A stretch of DNA of 59,923 bases, counting the filler, from Sphacelaria rigidula (taxonomy: Eukaryota): assembly GCA_964200075.2 (NCBI GenBank). It is 5 parts of 5 records of this genome, joined end to end, with 100 filler letters (N's around TTAATTAATTAA, not from the genome) between each part and the next. Parts side by side here need not be neighbours in the genome. Positions count along the whole stretch, not along the records: positions 1 to 11,907 come from CAXNAA020004350.1; positions 12,008 to 23,914 come from CAXNAA020004351.1; 3 more parts are not named here. One strand, 5' to 3'. Position numbers and translations under genes: made by a program. Shown here piece after piece: positions 1 to 12,665 of the stretch. The stretch's first letter is position 1, and each line of letters begins with the position of its first letter. The notes beneath the pieces were generated by a model, which ran no database searches, had not been told where the DNA came from, and saw nothing but the letters and a program-made list of their open reading frames with translations.

Positions 1-266
1 GAATTTGGTGATTTTGAGTCGTGATAATTTGTCCCAACCGTGAAAGTTTTGCCATCAGGGAAGTTCCATCATGGTTCCGCGTGGCCAGTTTACGTGCGGG
101 TGAGGTGCTCAAGTATCAACCACTCTTATTTGCAGACAACCTTTTGGCCGTGGAAGATTCAAGATTCGAACGCGCCGCTCCCCAGGAGGGGATCTTACTC
201 TGAAACCAAGTAAAAATTAATAGCATGAAAGAGTTCGATACAAGCATAATCGGTACAAGCTCTCTA

Positions 267-387
267 GAGGTATATCGAACTCGAGGTTCCCGGTACTGTT
301 GGAGGTATCTCGACCCCGCGAGATCATTGCAACATTTCACAACATCTTACACTTGTAACATCGGGAACCCTGAGTTTGAAATACCTC
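267..387. mobile_element. Small TIR element (MITE), GAGGTATCTCGAACTCGAGGTTCCCG family
   Basis: Left end gaggtatatcgaactcgaggttcccg pairs with right end cgggaaccctgagtttgaaatacctc. Related copies at 2943-3029 and 8670-8759, and a half copy at about 9369. Superfamily not determined. Confidence 0.65.
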
Positions 388-393
388 GTTTAA

Positions 394-493
394 CCCTTAG
401 ACCGCGAGGTTAGTCTTCTTCTGTTGAATTGGCATCAATTTCGAGTGAAAAAAGTATGCATGACCCAGAAAGACTAATCTCGCGGTCCAAGGG
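394..493. mobile_element. piggyBac-type MITE (100 bp)
   Basis: TTAA at 390-393 and 494-497. TIRs cccttagaccgcgaggttagtctt / aagactaatctcgcggtccaaggg. CCC...GGG termini with a TTAA TSD are piggyBac hallmarks. Confidence 0.85.
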
Positions 494-1309
494 TTAAGAC
501 GTATCTTCAGAGGAATCTCGAAAACTCGACTTTACGGTCGACGAGGGAAACGGAGTGCTGAACTCCTCTCTCGATAAAAAATATGGGAAGCATCGCAGAA
601 AGAAGGCGGTGGAGAACTCCAACAAATGAAGAAGAAATACTCCTGTGTTGGCCTTCCTCCTGCGTGACCCCGGCTGGTGCACCCACATATACCGGGAAAA
701 GGTGTAGAGTGGCGTCCAGAGTAGATGGAAAGACAACACATATCTCAAACTGGAGATTCCCGGTATATTTCACAGTAATTTACAGTGAAATATATAGATA
801 AACCCGAGTTTGATCCACGTCCACTATACCATCACACGGTTGACAGTAATATGCTGTTTGATTTTGCAGTTAGATATACCAACCTTGAGTCTGAGAAACC
901 TATTCTCTGGTGCTTGTTGTGGTTTTGCGTTGCGTCTGGAGGGCAGCTTGCATGTATGTCATCAGCAGAAACGTGTGTTTTGTGATGCGGTGTGTTGTTG
1001 AAAGGTATGGTATACACACCGTCGTCCGTCCACCGAGGCTCGGCCACGGGAAACAGTAAGGCAACACATGTGAGTTGCAGTGATTACCAGAATGACTGCG
1101 CCACTTTCCGATTTCCACGTTGTATCTTGCGAACCCTTGACCGACCGGTAGCATATACAGGCTGGTTCACGGAAAATACCCGAAAAACACTTATCGGCAA
1201 AACTTCACGCCGTTTTGAGGGGTTAGACGCTGAAATTTTGCTCAGACGTTCTATGGGTCATTACGCAACTTTTTAAGGTCACGTTTTTATCTTGGCTCTT
1301 GTCATCGTT

Positions 1310-2516
1310 TTCCCGGGGTCCCAGTTTATTCGTCGGGGAAACTTCGATTCAGTCGGACCCCCGTGAAACGGTAGAAACGGGAAAAACTCAATAGACCTTG
1401 TCCATCCAAAGTCGCGTAATGGCCCATAGAACACCTGTGAAAAATTTCAGGGTCTAACTTTTTGAAACGACGTGAAGTTTTTCGCGTTTGTGCGATGAAC
1501 CTTGCCGTGCCACGGTGAAACGGCAAACTACTAGATTTTAGAATGAAAATGGCGTCTTGGGCCTTCTTTGACGTGAACATGAAAATTCAAACACGAGTCA
1601 ATCGAGTTTGGCCACGAGAATTTGTGGGGTTCTTCCTTGGGTTTTACGGCGACAGATCGTTCGCGAAAAAAATGAAATAACGATCGTAGTGCAGGTTTTC
1701 TGAGGTCCTAGAATGGACGACTTCGAAAAAACAACCTGGATCCCGTCGGACCCCCGAAAAACGGTAAATATTTCAAGAAGTCGAACAACCTCTCTGATCG
1801 AAACGCTAACTCTCAACTACTTGGTTTTGAAATAAAACATATGTTGTGGGTGAATTTTACGTGGAGGCAGGAAAAGTTGTACGAGATTTTCGAGCTTCTT
1901 CACCAAACTTTGAACATGTATTACTTGGACTATCCTGGAACGCATCATGTTACAGTATTATTTTTCCTTTTGAGTCATTCTGTACCGCCTTCCGGGAATC
2001 TTTGTAGTGGGATCCCCGGAAGCCGGTAGAGAAGGGAGAAACTTGGAACTATTGCGAAGAACACATTTTTTTTTTCCATTTGGAGCATCAATACGTACGA
2101 AACTGCCAAGTTTGAGGATGATGTGAGATTTTCTACAACATATATAAAAGGAAAATCGTCACGAGGCTCCCTCAGCCTTTCTTACGTGTCATGAGTGAAA
2201 ATTAGACGACGCCAAACTCCACATCACCGAAACATTGCGGTTTCGGGTATACTTCCACCCACGTTGGGCCCGTTTTCAAATATTGTCCTCCCGTTACATT
2301 CCTGAGGTGATGACGGTCACTACGATTCGAAGCATGTGGAGATTCGGTGGAAATTGGGCTTGGAGTTCCTATTTTCAATTTTGGAACGATTTGAAAGGCG
2401 CTGATTAGTCGAGACACATTGTTGTCCATAGCACCACCGCCCCGCTATAGCGTTGAACCAAAATCCGGCTATATGCCACCCTCTTCGTCTGTTCATTGCG
2501 GTTAGTATGAAACCAT
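1310..2516. repeat. Dispersed repeat, probable non-autonomous DNA transposon segment (homologous to 55940-57375)
   Basis: Collinear similarity with 55940-57375, e.g. aaacgacgtgaagtttt, caccaaactttg, ccggaagccgg, gctgattagtcgag, tcttcgtctgttcattgcggt. Overlaps an inverted repeat (about 1198-1330 vs 1350-1482). Confidence 0.75.
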
Positions 2517-3174
2517 GTATGCGATTATTGCGTGCGTATTACAGAAGGCATTTGCCGATGACAGAATTTTGGGTCTTTTGCGTTTACCAGCCTGTAAGTA
2601 TTCACTGCAGAATCTACTGGCTCCCCCCCCCCCCCCCTCATTGCCATTAGATTTTGCTCCACAGAGTAATCATCTTAGCGTCTCTGGGATCTTTATGTGG
2701 ACTCTACTTGACTTTCACTCAAATTGGTGTCCCAAAACAGGCGTCTCTTGGATCTTCAAGCGATTTGTGCGTGACTTTCGTATCATGTCGGTGGTATGGG
2801 GTGTCCGCAGTGCACTTGGGTGCGGCAGTTCGGCCGTGCCGCATCCGTTATTGCTGGGTGCCGGCTTCAGCAAAAGTGCCTGGGCAACTGGGTATATGTA
2901 CAGTATATGTACACACCTTCCCATTCTCGAGGGCTAGCGTTCGAGATATCTCATCCTTGAGGTTCCCGAGATATTCAACAGTAAACTTTACCGTTGAATG
3001 TCTCGGGAACCTCGAATTTGTGATACATGACGCATTTAGGTTGTAGCCTGTATTTCTTGTTGCTGTTGCTGTTTGCACATTGGACCGCGAGGAGGGCAGT
3101 GCATCTGGACCACGCATCCCTTTTTCGAGTGAAGTTGATGCCGATTCAACCGATGACCTTCTCTCTTTCTCTAA

Positions 3175-3645
3175 GGCCAACTCTTATGGGAGCCGTTCGA
3201 AATTCCTGTCGAAAACTGCCTTTTGGGCCTTTCTCCGTCGATTTACGCCCTAAAAGAGGGCTAGGCGGATGTTGACATCTCGGAATGACTTGCTCTACTC
3301 GTTGAGACCGTTCAGGGGCAGCTTTGCCTTTCCCGCTGGCCGCACTCTAGTTTTTGGCCAAATGAGGACAAACACGGATTTTCAGTAAAAAACGGTCAGT
3401 TGATCAAATTGTCCGCTAATTTTTTGATCGCTTGACCGTTTTTCTTTGAAAATCCTTGTTCGACCAAAAAAGAAGTGCTGCCAGCGGGAAATGCAAGGTT
3501 GCCCTGAGACGGTCTCACTGAGTGGAGCAAGTCGTTCCAAGGCGTCAACATCCGCCTAGCCCTCTTTTCAGGCGTAAAACGACGAAGAAGGGCCGAAAAG
3601 GCAGTTTCGAACAGAGATTTTGAACGGCTCCCATTAGAGTCGGTC
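3175..3645. mobile_element. Foldback MITE, PIF/Harbinger (Tourist)-like
   Basis: Almost the whole 471 bp is an imperfect palindrome (ggccaactcttatgggagccgttc ... gaacggctcccattagagtcggtc). TAA on both flanks (3172-3174, 3646-3648). Confidence 0.8.
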
Positions 3646-4547
3646 TAAGAATTCGAAACCATTCCGATATCTGCGCAGTACTCTGTACTTGGGACATAGT
3701 GCGAACGCCTTGCGTGTATAGTTTTTGTTTCTTCTGGTATTTTCCCCATCAAACTGGCGTTCCTCGTTCAAAAGGGGTCATTTTGAAGCGGACGCCCCGC
3801 CGGGGCGTTGCAATTACTTGATTTTAGGCTGTAAGGCCGAAAACAAGAACTCATCATTTATGAGAATTTTTCATCATTGTGGAGACCACCTATGTGTGAG
3901 CTTATTGACATCCATATACACATGTGAGCCGGAGAAACAGTCTCAGGAACGGAGCCCGCCAGTGACACACATGAGCTGACTCGAAACGTTCAAACCTGTG
4001 AAACTGGATCTTTAGCAAACCTAGGCAACAGGATCTACGGTATAAGAACTCGGTACAACAAGAGTCACCGCATGAATCCTGGTAGACAACGGACCGGTAC
4101 GCTATACCGACCCGTTCACTCGTTCTTCTAGCCTACCCTTGACCACGGTCGCATCCTTGCCCAAATGACAAAGAAGTAGAATTATGCCTCGCTAAGGAGA
4201 TCCTTCGGCAGCAGGGTACGACGACGTTCCTCTTCGGAACCCGTAAGTCTACTGCCTCACCCCTAGCGAAGCTTAGTTCACAATGGCGTCAACGAAGTGA
4301 TTTGAATCTATGCGTGCAGAGCAGAGCACTTTAACGTGCGGAGCACACTGCCTTAGCACCGGCGACAGCATTCGATACAAAAGGACCGAGGCATGTTTTT
4401 TTGCTAATCCTGACCACGGGCTGGATTGCTGCAATCAGCTCATCATGTGAGATAATGAATCAATCAATTAATGCGCACCTAGAAAACAAACGCCTACTTG
4501 CTCTGTGGTCTCACAGGCGAACTATTTACCCACCAAAAATGAAAAAA

Positions 4548-4789
4548 TGGGTACGAGGAAATAAAAGATGAATATTACATGGGTAGGTCGAGTAGAGTAT
4601 ACTTAAATGCGGGGTATTTTGAAAGTCGTACACGAATATAATGCAGGGTTTCAGAGATCGCTTTCCAGTTATTTTTTGGGTACGACTCCTAACACTCTAC
4701 CCTAATTTGAGTACCTCAAGTACGTCTTTTAAAATACCCCACGATTGAATACACTCTACTCAACCTGCCCTTGAAATAATATCGTACCC
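4548..4789. repeat. Foldback (inverted repeat) element rich in GGGTA/TACCC
   Basis: gggtaggtcgagtagagtatacttaaatgcggggtattttgaaagtcgtac is the imperfect reverse complement of 4719-4770. Ends are gggtacga / tcgtaccc. Confidence 0.65.
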
Positions 4790-6728
4790 AGAAGGATTCA
4801 CACAGACCTGTTGGTCGTACAAGAGAAAAACGGTGTGAAGATCTCAAAGGCGTCTGAGATGGTGAGGTACGTACTTCCGGAAAAGTTAAATGTGCACCGA
4901 CGTGCACCATCAAAATTCATGTGTACCCTGGGATGATGGCGAAAACAGCTGCGGGTGCGGCTCGCCTGCGCCGCCCCCGGCATAATTAAAACCACAAGTT
5001 GTTTCGCAAGTTAATGAGCGTTTTGAGAGCGAAACCAGGAGCACAGACCCCATTGAAGGGACATGTGGAGTTCGGTGCCCAGACTAAAACCAAGTTCGAC
5101 ATGTAGAGAGGACTACTGGAGGTTTGTGATGCCTGGATCGGATGCGTTCATGATTTCGAATGGCTAACCCTCACCCCCATGAAGGTATACCGAGAACCCT
5201 GATGCAAGCGGGGTGCAAAGTGTTCCTTGGCAAGGTGTGTGTTGCGAAAGCTCCAATCGGAACCGATTTCGTAGATGAAAACGCGTTCTGTGCACTGTGG
5301 GAGAACGCTTCCCGTTGAAGATCCGGATTTCGATGTTTGCAGAAAAACCAAGTCGGGAAGTTCCATACCCACCAAGTGATGCAACTCTAGTTCGGACCAC
5401 CCGCACTCATATCACCCGATGACCCGAATCCGATACACAACGAGAACATCTCAACGGGCATATTGGTTCCCGAACTGTTGCGTTACATTCTTCGAGTTAT
5501 CGCTACCCGTGTGCGACCGTGGCTGATGCCTTCAAATCATAAAATATACTGTTGTAAGCTGTGGACTGGCGTCCAAAGTAGATGAGATGACGGGCACACG
5601 CGCGCATATACATACCTGTGTCCACATCTGCCGAAACGTGTGAACTGGCATCCAGGATAGGTGAGATGACAACATACACCCCTTGTGACCATTGTTCTCC
5701 GAGCCACCTACTACCTACGACAGACTGTTGTGCACGAAGGCCACCCCACTGCAGGTATTTTTGTGCTTGCTTGCAGGTTCTGAAATTTGAACACAGATTC
5801 GAGGCTTGACCGAAATTTGAAGACCACGACAATGCCTCGAACAACAGTTGGTGTATACAGTTTGCTCAGTTTGTCCGTCCGAGTGTAGAATGTGCTAATT
5901 GTTGTTGATCTTGTCTTCACATGAAGAACCGTTCCGATATCTGCGCCGTACATTCGAACTGGGTATCGGATGCGGACGCCTTCCGTGCCCACAGACTAGT
6001 TACATACAATGAGATTCATATAAACACTGTAATGATTTAGAGCCTCCTCCCCATTCGATTCTAAATTTCCGGCATTTGACGCTTTTCTTTGTCTTGTGTT
6101 TTCTATCTCAGTGCGAAGCCGTTCTGTTGACTATAATAATAGGTGCATGCAGTGAAGGCCCCCAGCATAATACAGGCCTCAAGAAGTTGGCAAGCCCTTC
6201 TTCATTCGCACTTGAAGCATTCACGGGAAACACCGCGATATTGAGATTGCTCATCATCATCACAGCAGAAGTACAAAATGCAGTAGCTCTCTTGACTGTC
6301 GACTTTGTGGTTCCATAAACTTCCGTTCCCACTGTTCGAGATGATGTGATCAGCGTCGTATGTCCGTTTATCTAGTCTCGTATCGTTCGAAAAGACTGGG
6401 TTTCTCCCAGGAGACCTCGTATTTTCACTTATTGCCCATCAACGGATCAGGGTCCTGAACATGTGAAGCAATCCCAATCGTTATTGCCGTGGACCACTCG
6501 AGTTTCATCTCCTGATTTTCTCGAGTTTACACAGGACCAACCCTCTTCCATCCCGACACATGAATAACTTTTGAGTACCCCTGTTGCACTCTTCAGTTTT
6601 TTACGAGTAAAGTCGACCGTGAATAAACACCTGCAATTTCCACCTGTTTCCACCGAAAATACGTGACTGGCCGAAGCCCGTAGTATGTGTGCTCGCCATG
6701 AGCGAGGATGCACCGAGCGTTTCTTTAA

Positions 6729-6825
6729 CCCTTGGACAGCGAGGGTAGTCTTCTGTTGAATCGGCATCAATTTCACTTGAAAAAAGTATGCATGATCCAG
6801 AAAAACTTACCTCGCGGTCTAAGGG
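6729..6825. mobile_element. piggyBac-type MITE, second copy of the 394-493 family
   Basis: TTAA|cccttggacagcgag ... ctcgcggtctaaggg|TTGA, with an internal sequence closely similar to 394-493. Followed by a related partial copy (about 6838-6915); another lies inverted at about 3080-3160. Confidence 0.8.
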
Positions 6826-9737
6826 TTGATGACGAGAACAGGTCATCTGTTGAATCAGCATCAATTTCACTTGGAAAACGTATGCAGTTCAGATGAACTA
6901 CCGCAGCGGTCCAAGGCAGCAATCGAGTGCAGCATGTTGTTGGTTTTGTTGATGTCTTCACGTTGAAAGGTGTTCAAATATCTGTGCAATCCTTCTTGGT
7001 TCTGTACGGCATCTGACAGGAACGATGTCCGTGGTCCCAGGCTAGCTATCCAACACGAGGTGTAAGAGGAAAGTAACAACATGCGTCATTGAATCAGGAC
7101 CAGGACTGTTCCTGGACTGCTGCCCCTAGCTGATCGTCAGCATGTCCACTTCCCGACGAAATATGATGCTCTTTACTGTCGGCAGATGTGGGCGCTTACA
7201 ACCTCTCATCGGTAACAAATCCGCGAAATGTTTCTCAATAAAGGACACGATTTTGTATTTTACTGAAGACGGTCGCCCCGGCGCTCAGTTAGCGATCTCG
7301 AAACCTTCCACACCCTGGAAAATACATGTTCAATAGATGCAATAGACGGGAAGTGTACTGCATAAAGTATAGGCCTATTGTAACTATTGCCAGACGACGA
7401 TACAGTAGTCGTCATAGGCCTGTACTTTTTGCAGTATTTTTCTCATCTATTGCAACTTTTGACCGTGTATTGTCCAAGGTGTCAAACCTTCTGACGTTGG
7501 GGTCGTGCATCCGAATCTCGTTGAAGTCGCACGATCTGGAATTCTACCGTGTTCAACAGTGACAGTTGAGAGTGACGATCACCTGGCATCACAAAATTCG
7601 AGTTTACGGTCGACGAGGGAAAGGGACTGCTGAACCCCTCTCGTGATGAAGCAATGAGACAGGCACCGTTGGAGGAAGGTGGGGTCATAAAACAAGAGAA
7701 GAAGAAACTCCTGTCTTGGCATTCCCCCTCTGTAACCTGAATTTGGCTGATGCGCCCACATACATCGCAAGAGGTAGACCGGCCTGGGATGGCGACAACA
7801 CACCACATACGCTCGTCGTGTCATGTATCCTCTTTCCTGGAGGTGGCTCTGACATGCCATGCGCTCATCCAATTGCTACCTTTACCCTCAGTCCCGTCCG
7901 CTTCCTTCCCGTCTTTTTTTTCGGTTAACCACCTGCACGTACAATCTCATGTTCAACGGGGACACTGGTGGGAAATTTACGGTCCACGACCTGTACATGA
8001 AGTTTCTCCGTGGACACACAACGCGCACAAACAAGCGCATACCCTGCACAAACCGTTGCACTGGACGCAGGTGCAAGTGGCTTCGGACATCTGATCCGGT
8101 AGGAGCAGCACCCGACTGTCTGCAAAACACACAACACCTACGCTGCACAACCAGAGCAAGCACGCAGACAAAGAGAACAACATGACGTCCGGCGGCAGCT
8201 CACCTTCGCCCATCAACACACACAGATTTGATTTTTTTCAAGACAATCCAATGAAATCCAGAGGAATGGTGAGGACATATCCCCAAAAACGCATGTTTGC
8301 CCGAATGAGGGTTGGGGGATGTCGAAACGGTTGTTTTTTGTCCCGTTGATGCAGGGCTTCACAACCAGAACAGACGGGACTGATACGATTGTAGGAACCA
8401 TACACTTACTGTTCTTGTAGATCTTTGGAGTACATGCACCTGTCGGTGTAATGGTTACGGTCCTCCTAGGACTTGACCCTTCGTCACCTCGCTCCCAATA
8501 GCTTGTTGAGGTCCTATCCCTCGGTTCTTCCGTGTACGGGAGACGTCAAGCTGCTGTCGGAAAGATGTCGATGTCGTTTTCTCCGGACATGAGCTTTTGT
8601 CAGGTACGTTGCGCAATCGCCACATCAGTTAGAGGCGAGAAGATGATTCCACACCTTCATGGTTCGTGGGAGGTATCTCGGACTCGAGGTTCCCAACATG
8701 ACATACTTGAGTGATTTTTGATGTCGAGTATACCTAGCACCTCGAGTTTGAGATACTGTAGTACGGGGGGTGCTCCAGTTGTTACACCCCAGCCCCCCAG
8801 CCTTCCCTAGATTTCTCGCTGTCATGTAGTCGTTGTTGTGTACAGGAGTTAGACATCTGTGGCACACGTCCAGACTAAATATGGTGGAAATTACACTGCA
8901 TTCTATACAAGAGTAGTGGCATACTCGGCAAACATGTAGTTCAAGGAGTACTCGTAGGTGGCCACTGGTTGAGCTGCCAGGGCGCGATGTTGAGTGCGCT
9001 AAAACCGTGCCAAAGGGTGGTGTGTGCTGCGGTGTAGCAATGTGTGCCGCACTACAGGTGTGAAGTGTTAGTGCTGTCCTCTCAGCTGTGTAGCGCTGAC
9101 GTGTTGATCTGAAGTTTGGGGTCTATTACCCTCCAAATTGCGTTCACGCATTTAGTTTCTATCCGCCGGGTTGTCATTTAGCAGCTGAGCTATGCAGAGC
9201 GTGCATTGCGATCCGAGGGGTCGACGGAGCTGCTTCCACACTAGAAACATCGAATTCTCTTCCAATGCAACGCCTAAGGTAAAGGCAGATGCTCGTGGAA
9301 CGCGAACACCTGAGATTGGATATGTTGGGCTTCACATCATGTGTACGGTATTGACAGCACCGTCAGGAGAGGTATCTCGAACTCTGCGTCCCGTTTCCTG
9401 GTACATCGCCGGTGGGGTCACGCCAACACCTGGAAACAATTCTGGGCGGCTCTGCAGTATGCACGGTAGCGACAGTACCATTTGGAGTATGGGACTTTTA
9501 TTCCGGACTGAACTCCCCGCCCGCATGAAATGATCAGTGCAAAGTACAGTGCAGAACAGATGTCGGAACCGTATGGTATGTGGAAGCAAACAAATATCAA
9601 TTTCCGGCTTTTGGTGGAGAAAAAAAATACTTTCCGAAGATTGAAGATACCAATACTTTGACGGGTACAAGCGAATTCGACTCGACCGCACGTTTTTGAC
9701 ACCAAAAAAAATCAAGCTAGACACGCACGACGTTTAA

Positions 9738-10506
9738 CCGTTAGACAGCAACCCCCCCGCAGGTGGACTGAGTCGGACTATCTCACATTAAATTTTGGGG
9801 TTCAGAACTGGTCTTTTCTCGCTACCGTACTCGAAACGCCTTTTTCATGAAAATGTGGATATTTGTCATCGATACAGAAAAAAGGAAATAGTCCCGGAAA
9901 ACCCCTGACCAGTTTTGACCCTGCAGTCAATTGTGTGCAAAGTCGGTATGTATGTGTGTTGTATGTCTTCACTGGATACAACGGCAAGAGACACTCACTC
10001 TGCACAGTACAAGTGTGACGCATCGCTCTCCACTGAACACAATGTACTGCATATGCTGCCGATGCCTCTGCTTAGAGCTCAACAAGAAAACTACAGAAGA
10101 CGGTGTGGAGCTATGCTGGAAGCACATATGGGATCAGGCAGGCAGTGTAGACCACGACCAGAATACGAAACAAGTTATTTGTACCCATGGAACCTATGGT
10201 TGGTTTCCCATGACCAGATTGAGTTGTGGGGGTAGACAGCGAATAAGTCCAATGTAGTCCACCCGAACCGGAAGAACGAGCTCATTTTGACGTCCGTGAT
10301 TGGTCAGAATGGGCATTAGGTGCCTGTTGGGCCTCTTGCACGGCTCATAATTTTCCGCAGGAAACTTTCAAACACACATGATTGGCTTGAAGAGTTTTTC
10401 GCTCCTCTGCGGACAGACCCCCCCCCCCCGGCCGCTGGATGCCCCCTGATGTCTCCGAGCTGTCAGCCTGTGAAACTGTTCCGAGGCGAGGCTCGCTGTC
10501 TGAGGG
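9738..10506. mobile_element. Non-autonomous piggyBac-like element (about 770 bp)
   Basis: TTAA|ccgttagacagc ... gctgtctgaggg|TTTA. The right about 450 bp is collinear with 43190-43643. Confidence 0.65.
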
Positions 10507-10679
10507 TTTAGACCGATTATCATTGGAACCAATCTGTAATTGTACAAATATGAGAATCTCAAACCGTTTATGTCGTTGCCGCACTCACATAGCTCGTGCC
10601 CTTCCCCGGTGGGGTTAAGGGCGATTTTCTCCTGTAAAACGTTTTTTTGAACCTCCGTCCGTTAGTCAATGTTTTTCAG

Positions 10680-10900
10680 CTAGGTGTGAAAGAACCATAG
10701 CAATTCTCCGATTTCCTGGACGTTGACTTTTGGTATATCACATTTCTGCTCAAATCGGGACACCCCCACTTCTGGCCAGATGGTTGTTTCGACTTTTAAT
10801 AGCTGTGAGAAAACCAGATCAATTCTCCGATGCCGTGGACGTTGACTTTTGGTGTATCATATTTCTGCTTCAATCGAAGGACACTCCCGCATCTGGCCAG
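10680..10900. repeat. Two-copy tandem direct repeat (about 120-bp unit)
   Basis: caattctccgat..tggacgttgacttttggt.tatca.atttctgct...tctggccag occurs at about 10701 and 10820. Confidence 0.75.
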
Positions 10901-11907
10901 TTTCTTACAGGTAGCCGAAAAACATTGACCAACGGACTGGAGTCCGAAAAGTCCATCACAGAGCATGAATGTGTTCGTGCTGCAGCACAACAGACAGTGA
11001 TACAGGGCATGTGCCAAGCGATAGTTCTTATCCTGATTCCGGGTTGGTCCTCAATTCTTGAGTGGCGCTTTTCAAACGCTCGACCATAATCGCGAGCTTC
11101 GCGCAAAAATATATGTTTTTTTACTTGGAGTGATCCCTATCTGTGGGAGGTGAGCCGAGAAAATCATCTGTAGGGCGGGCTGAACCTCCATATTGATACA
11201 AGTACAATTTGGTTCTCATGAAAGTTAGTATAAAGCCGTGTTCTCTCGAGACCGAAGAGGCGGGGAAATGAACAAGCGTACAAGAGTAGCATGTTGATTG
11301 GTTGCCGCATCCCACCCGGCGATCGATCACCGTGTTGCTTCTTTTGTTGGTCTCGGTAAGACATAGCCTTAGCCCTTTGACTGCCAGGTTTAACTAATCT
11401 GTTGAGTCGGCTTTCAAGGGTCCGAAAATCTAGCGTCTGTTCTTCAGATCGCTCATTCTTATTGTGGCAAACATGAATGATGAACGTGGAAAAAATGTGT
11501 TTTTTTTAAGCTCTTCCAACGTCGTTTCATGCCCGAGACGAAATCTAAATTTAGGCGGATTTTGATACCTCAGAATACCTTGCTGTATTCGTTGACACGG
11601 TTCCAGCGCACGTGTGCGTCTTGTGTGGACTTGACCAATCTGCGAAGAAAGTGCAAATTTGGCCGAGAAAAAACTGCGGCCGCTGGAAAACGCACGGATG
11701 TGCCTGAACCGTCTCATCGAGTACAGCCGTATCCAAGGCATTTTTTTTGTTGCTCACACTTTGAATCCCTCCCCTTGCTCGAGATGTCCGTGGTCTCGAG
11801 GGATCAACCCATCTCTCCTGCGGTACGCGCCTTTCATTTTGGTGTCGTGGATTGGGTCAGCACTACCGCACCACGTCGACTCACGTCACACAAACCCAGT
11901 CGACTAC

Positions 11908-12007
11908 NNNNNNNNNNNNNNNNNNNNNNNNNNNNNNNNNNNNNNNNNNNNTTAATTAATTAANNNNNNNNNNNNNNNNNNNNNNNNNNNNNNNNNNNNN
12001 NNNNNNN
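11908..12007. other. Artificial contig linker (N44-TTAATTAATTAA-N44)
   Basis: Identical 100-bp spacer occurs four times in the window; the 12-mer puts a stop in all six frames. Confidence 0.98.
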
Positions 12008-12479
12008 GGAACTGAAACGATTTATTCACTGATTGACCGCTTTTCACTCTCAATCGTATCATCTACTCTCAATCGTATCATCTACTCTCAATCTCACGAA
12101 AACATTGTTCCAAGTTGATATAAAACGTTTTAAACATACACTACGCAAACCCAAAGACATGAAAAAAAACTTGAGAACGCAGAAAAAAAACACACACACA
12201 TACACACATGAGAACCAGAAGTCGAGGGGGGAGACAAAAGAGGCGTAATTGGCACATACTAACGAAGAGAGATGTGAGAATTTTCACCCGAACGTAGCAT
12301 GATGACCAACTAGCAGAGATGCCTCCTTCAAGCATATATATGCTTACCCGAAGTTACGAGCAGAAAACGCGAAAACGAAAAGCAGAGTGGGTAAGAGCCT
12401 AACAATCACACCTCGGCAGCTATAATAATATGTTGAATAATTCCTCACCGTTCAGGTAGAAAGACAGCATTTATTTATT

Positions 12480-12665
12480 TGTCGTGTCGTATCGTATCGT
12501 ATCGTATCTTATCGTCATCATCATTATCGTTATCGTTATCGTTATTGTTATTGTACCGTTGTCGTTGTCGCTGTCGTTGTCTTTATCATTTTATAGCCTG
12601 TTTTTCGATACGATAACGATAATGATATTTCGATACGATACATGAAAACTTTCGACACGATATCC
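12480..12665. repeat. Low-complexity (ATCGT/ATCGTT)n tract with inverted (ACGAT) partner
   Basis: tcgtatcgtatcgtatc...ttatcgttatcgttatcg followed by cgatacgataacgataatgata. Confidence 0.7.

Larger units (their letters stand above)
4150..8400 (-). pseudogene. Possible highly decayed KDZ/CxC-associated transposase, interrupted by MITEs
   Basis: Fragments lie in different frames but in a plausible order: SCDVCG..VTEGECQDRSFFFS, GVQQSLSLVDRKLEFC, ASRTRSCFRHHPRV..DGARRCTFNF, FIISHDE, MPRSF, IDSNHF. A paralogous piece is at about 500-780. Resemblance judged by eye only. Confidence 0.3.

Noticed and set aside
8441..8520. tRNA/SINE-like A box (tcggtgtaatggtta)
   Set aside because: No B box (GTTCRA) or cloverleaf follows.
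11529..11963. ORFs running into N-tracts and ending in LIN (also 35962-36298)
   Set aside because: Produced by the N/TTAATTAATTAA linker and contig-end poly-C; not genes.
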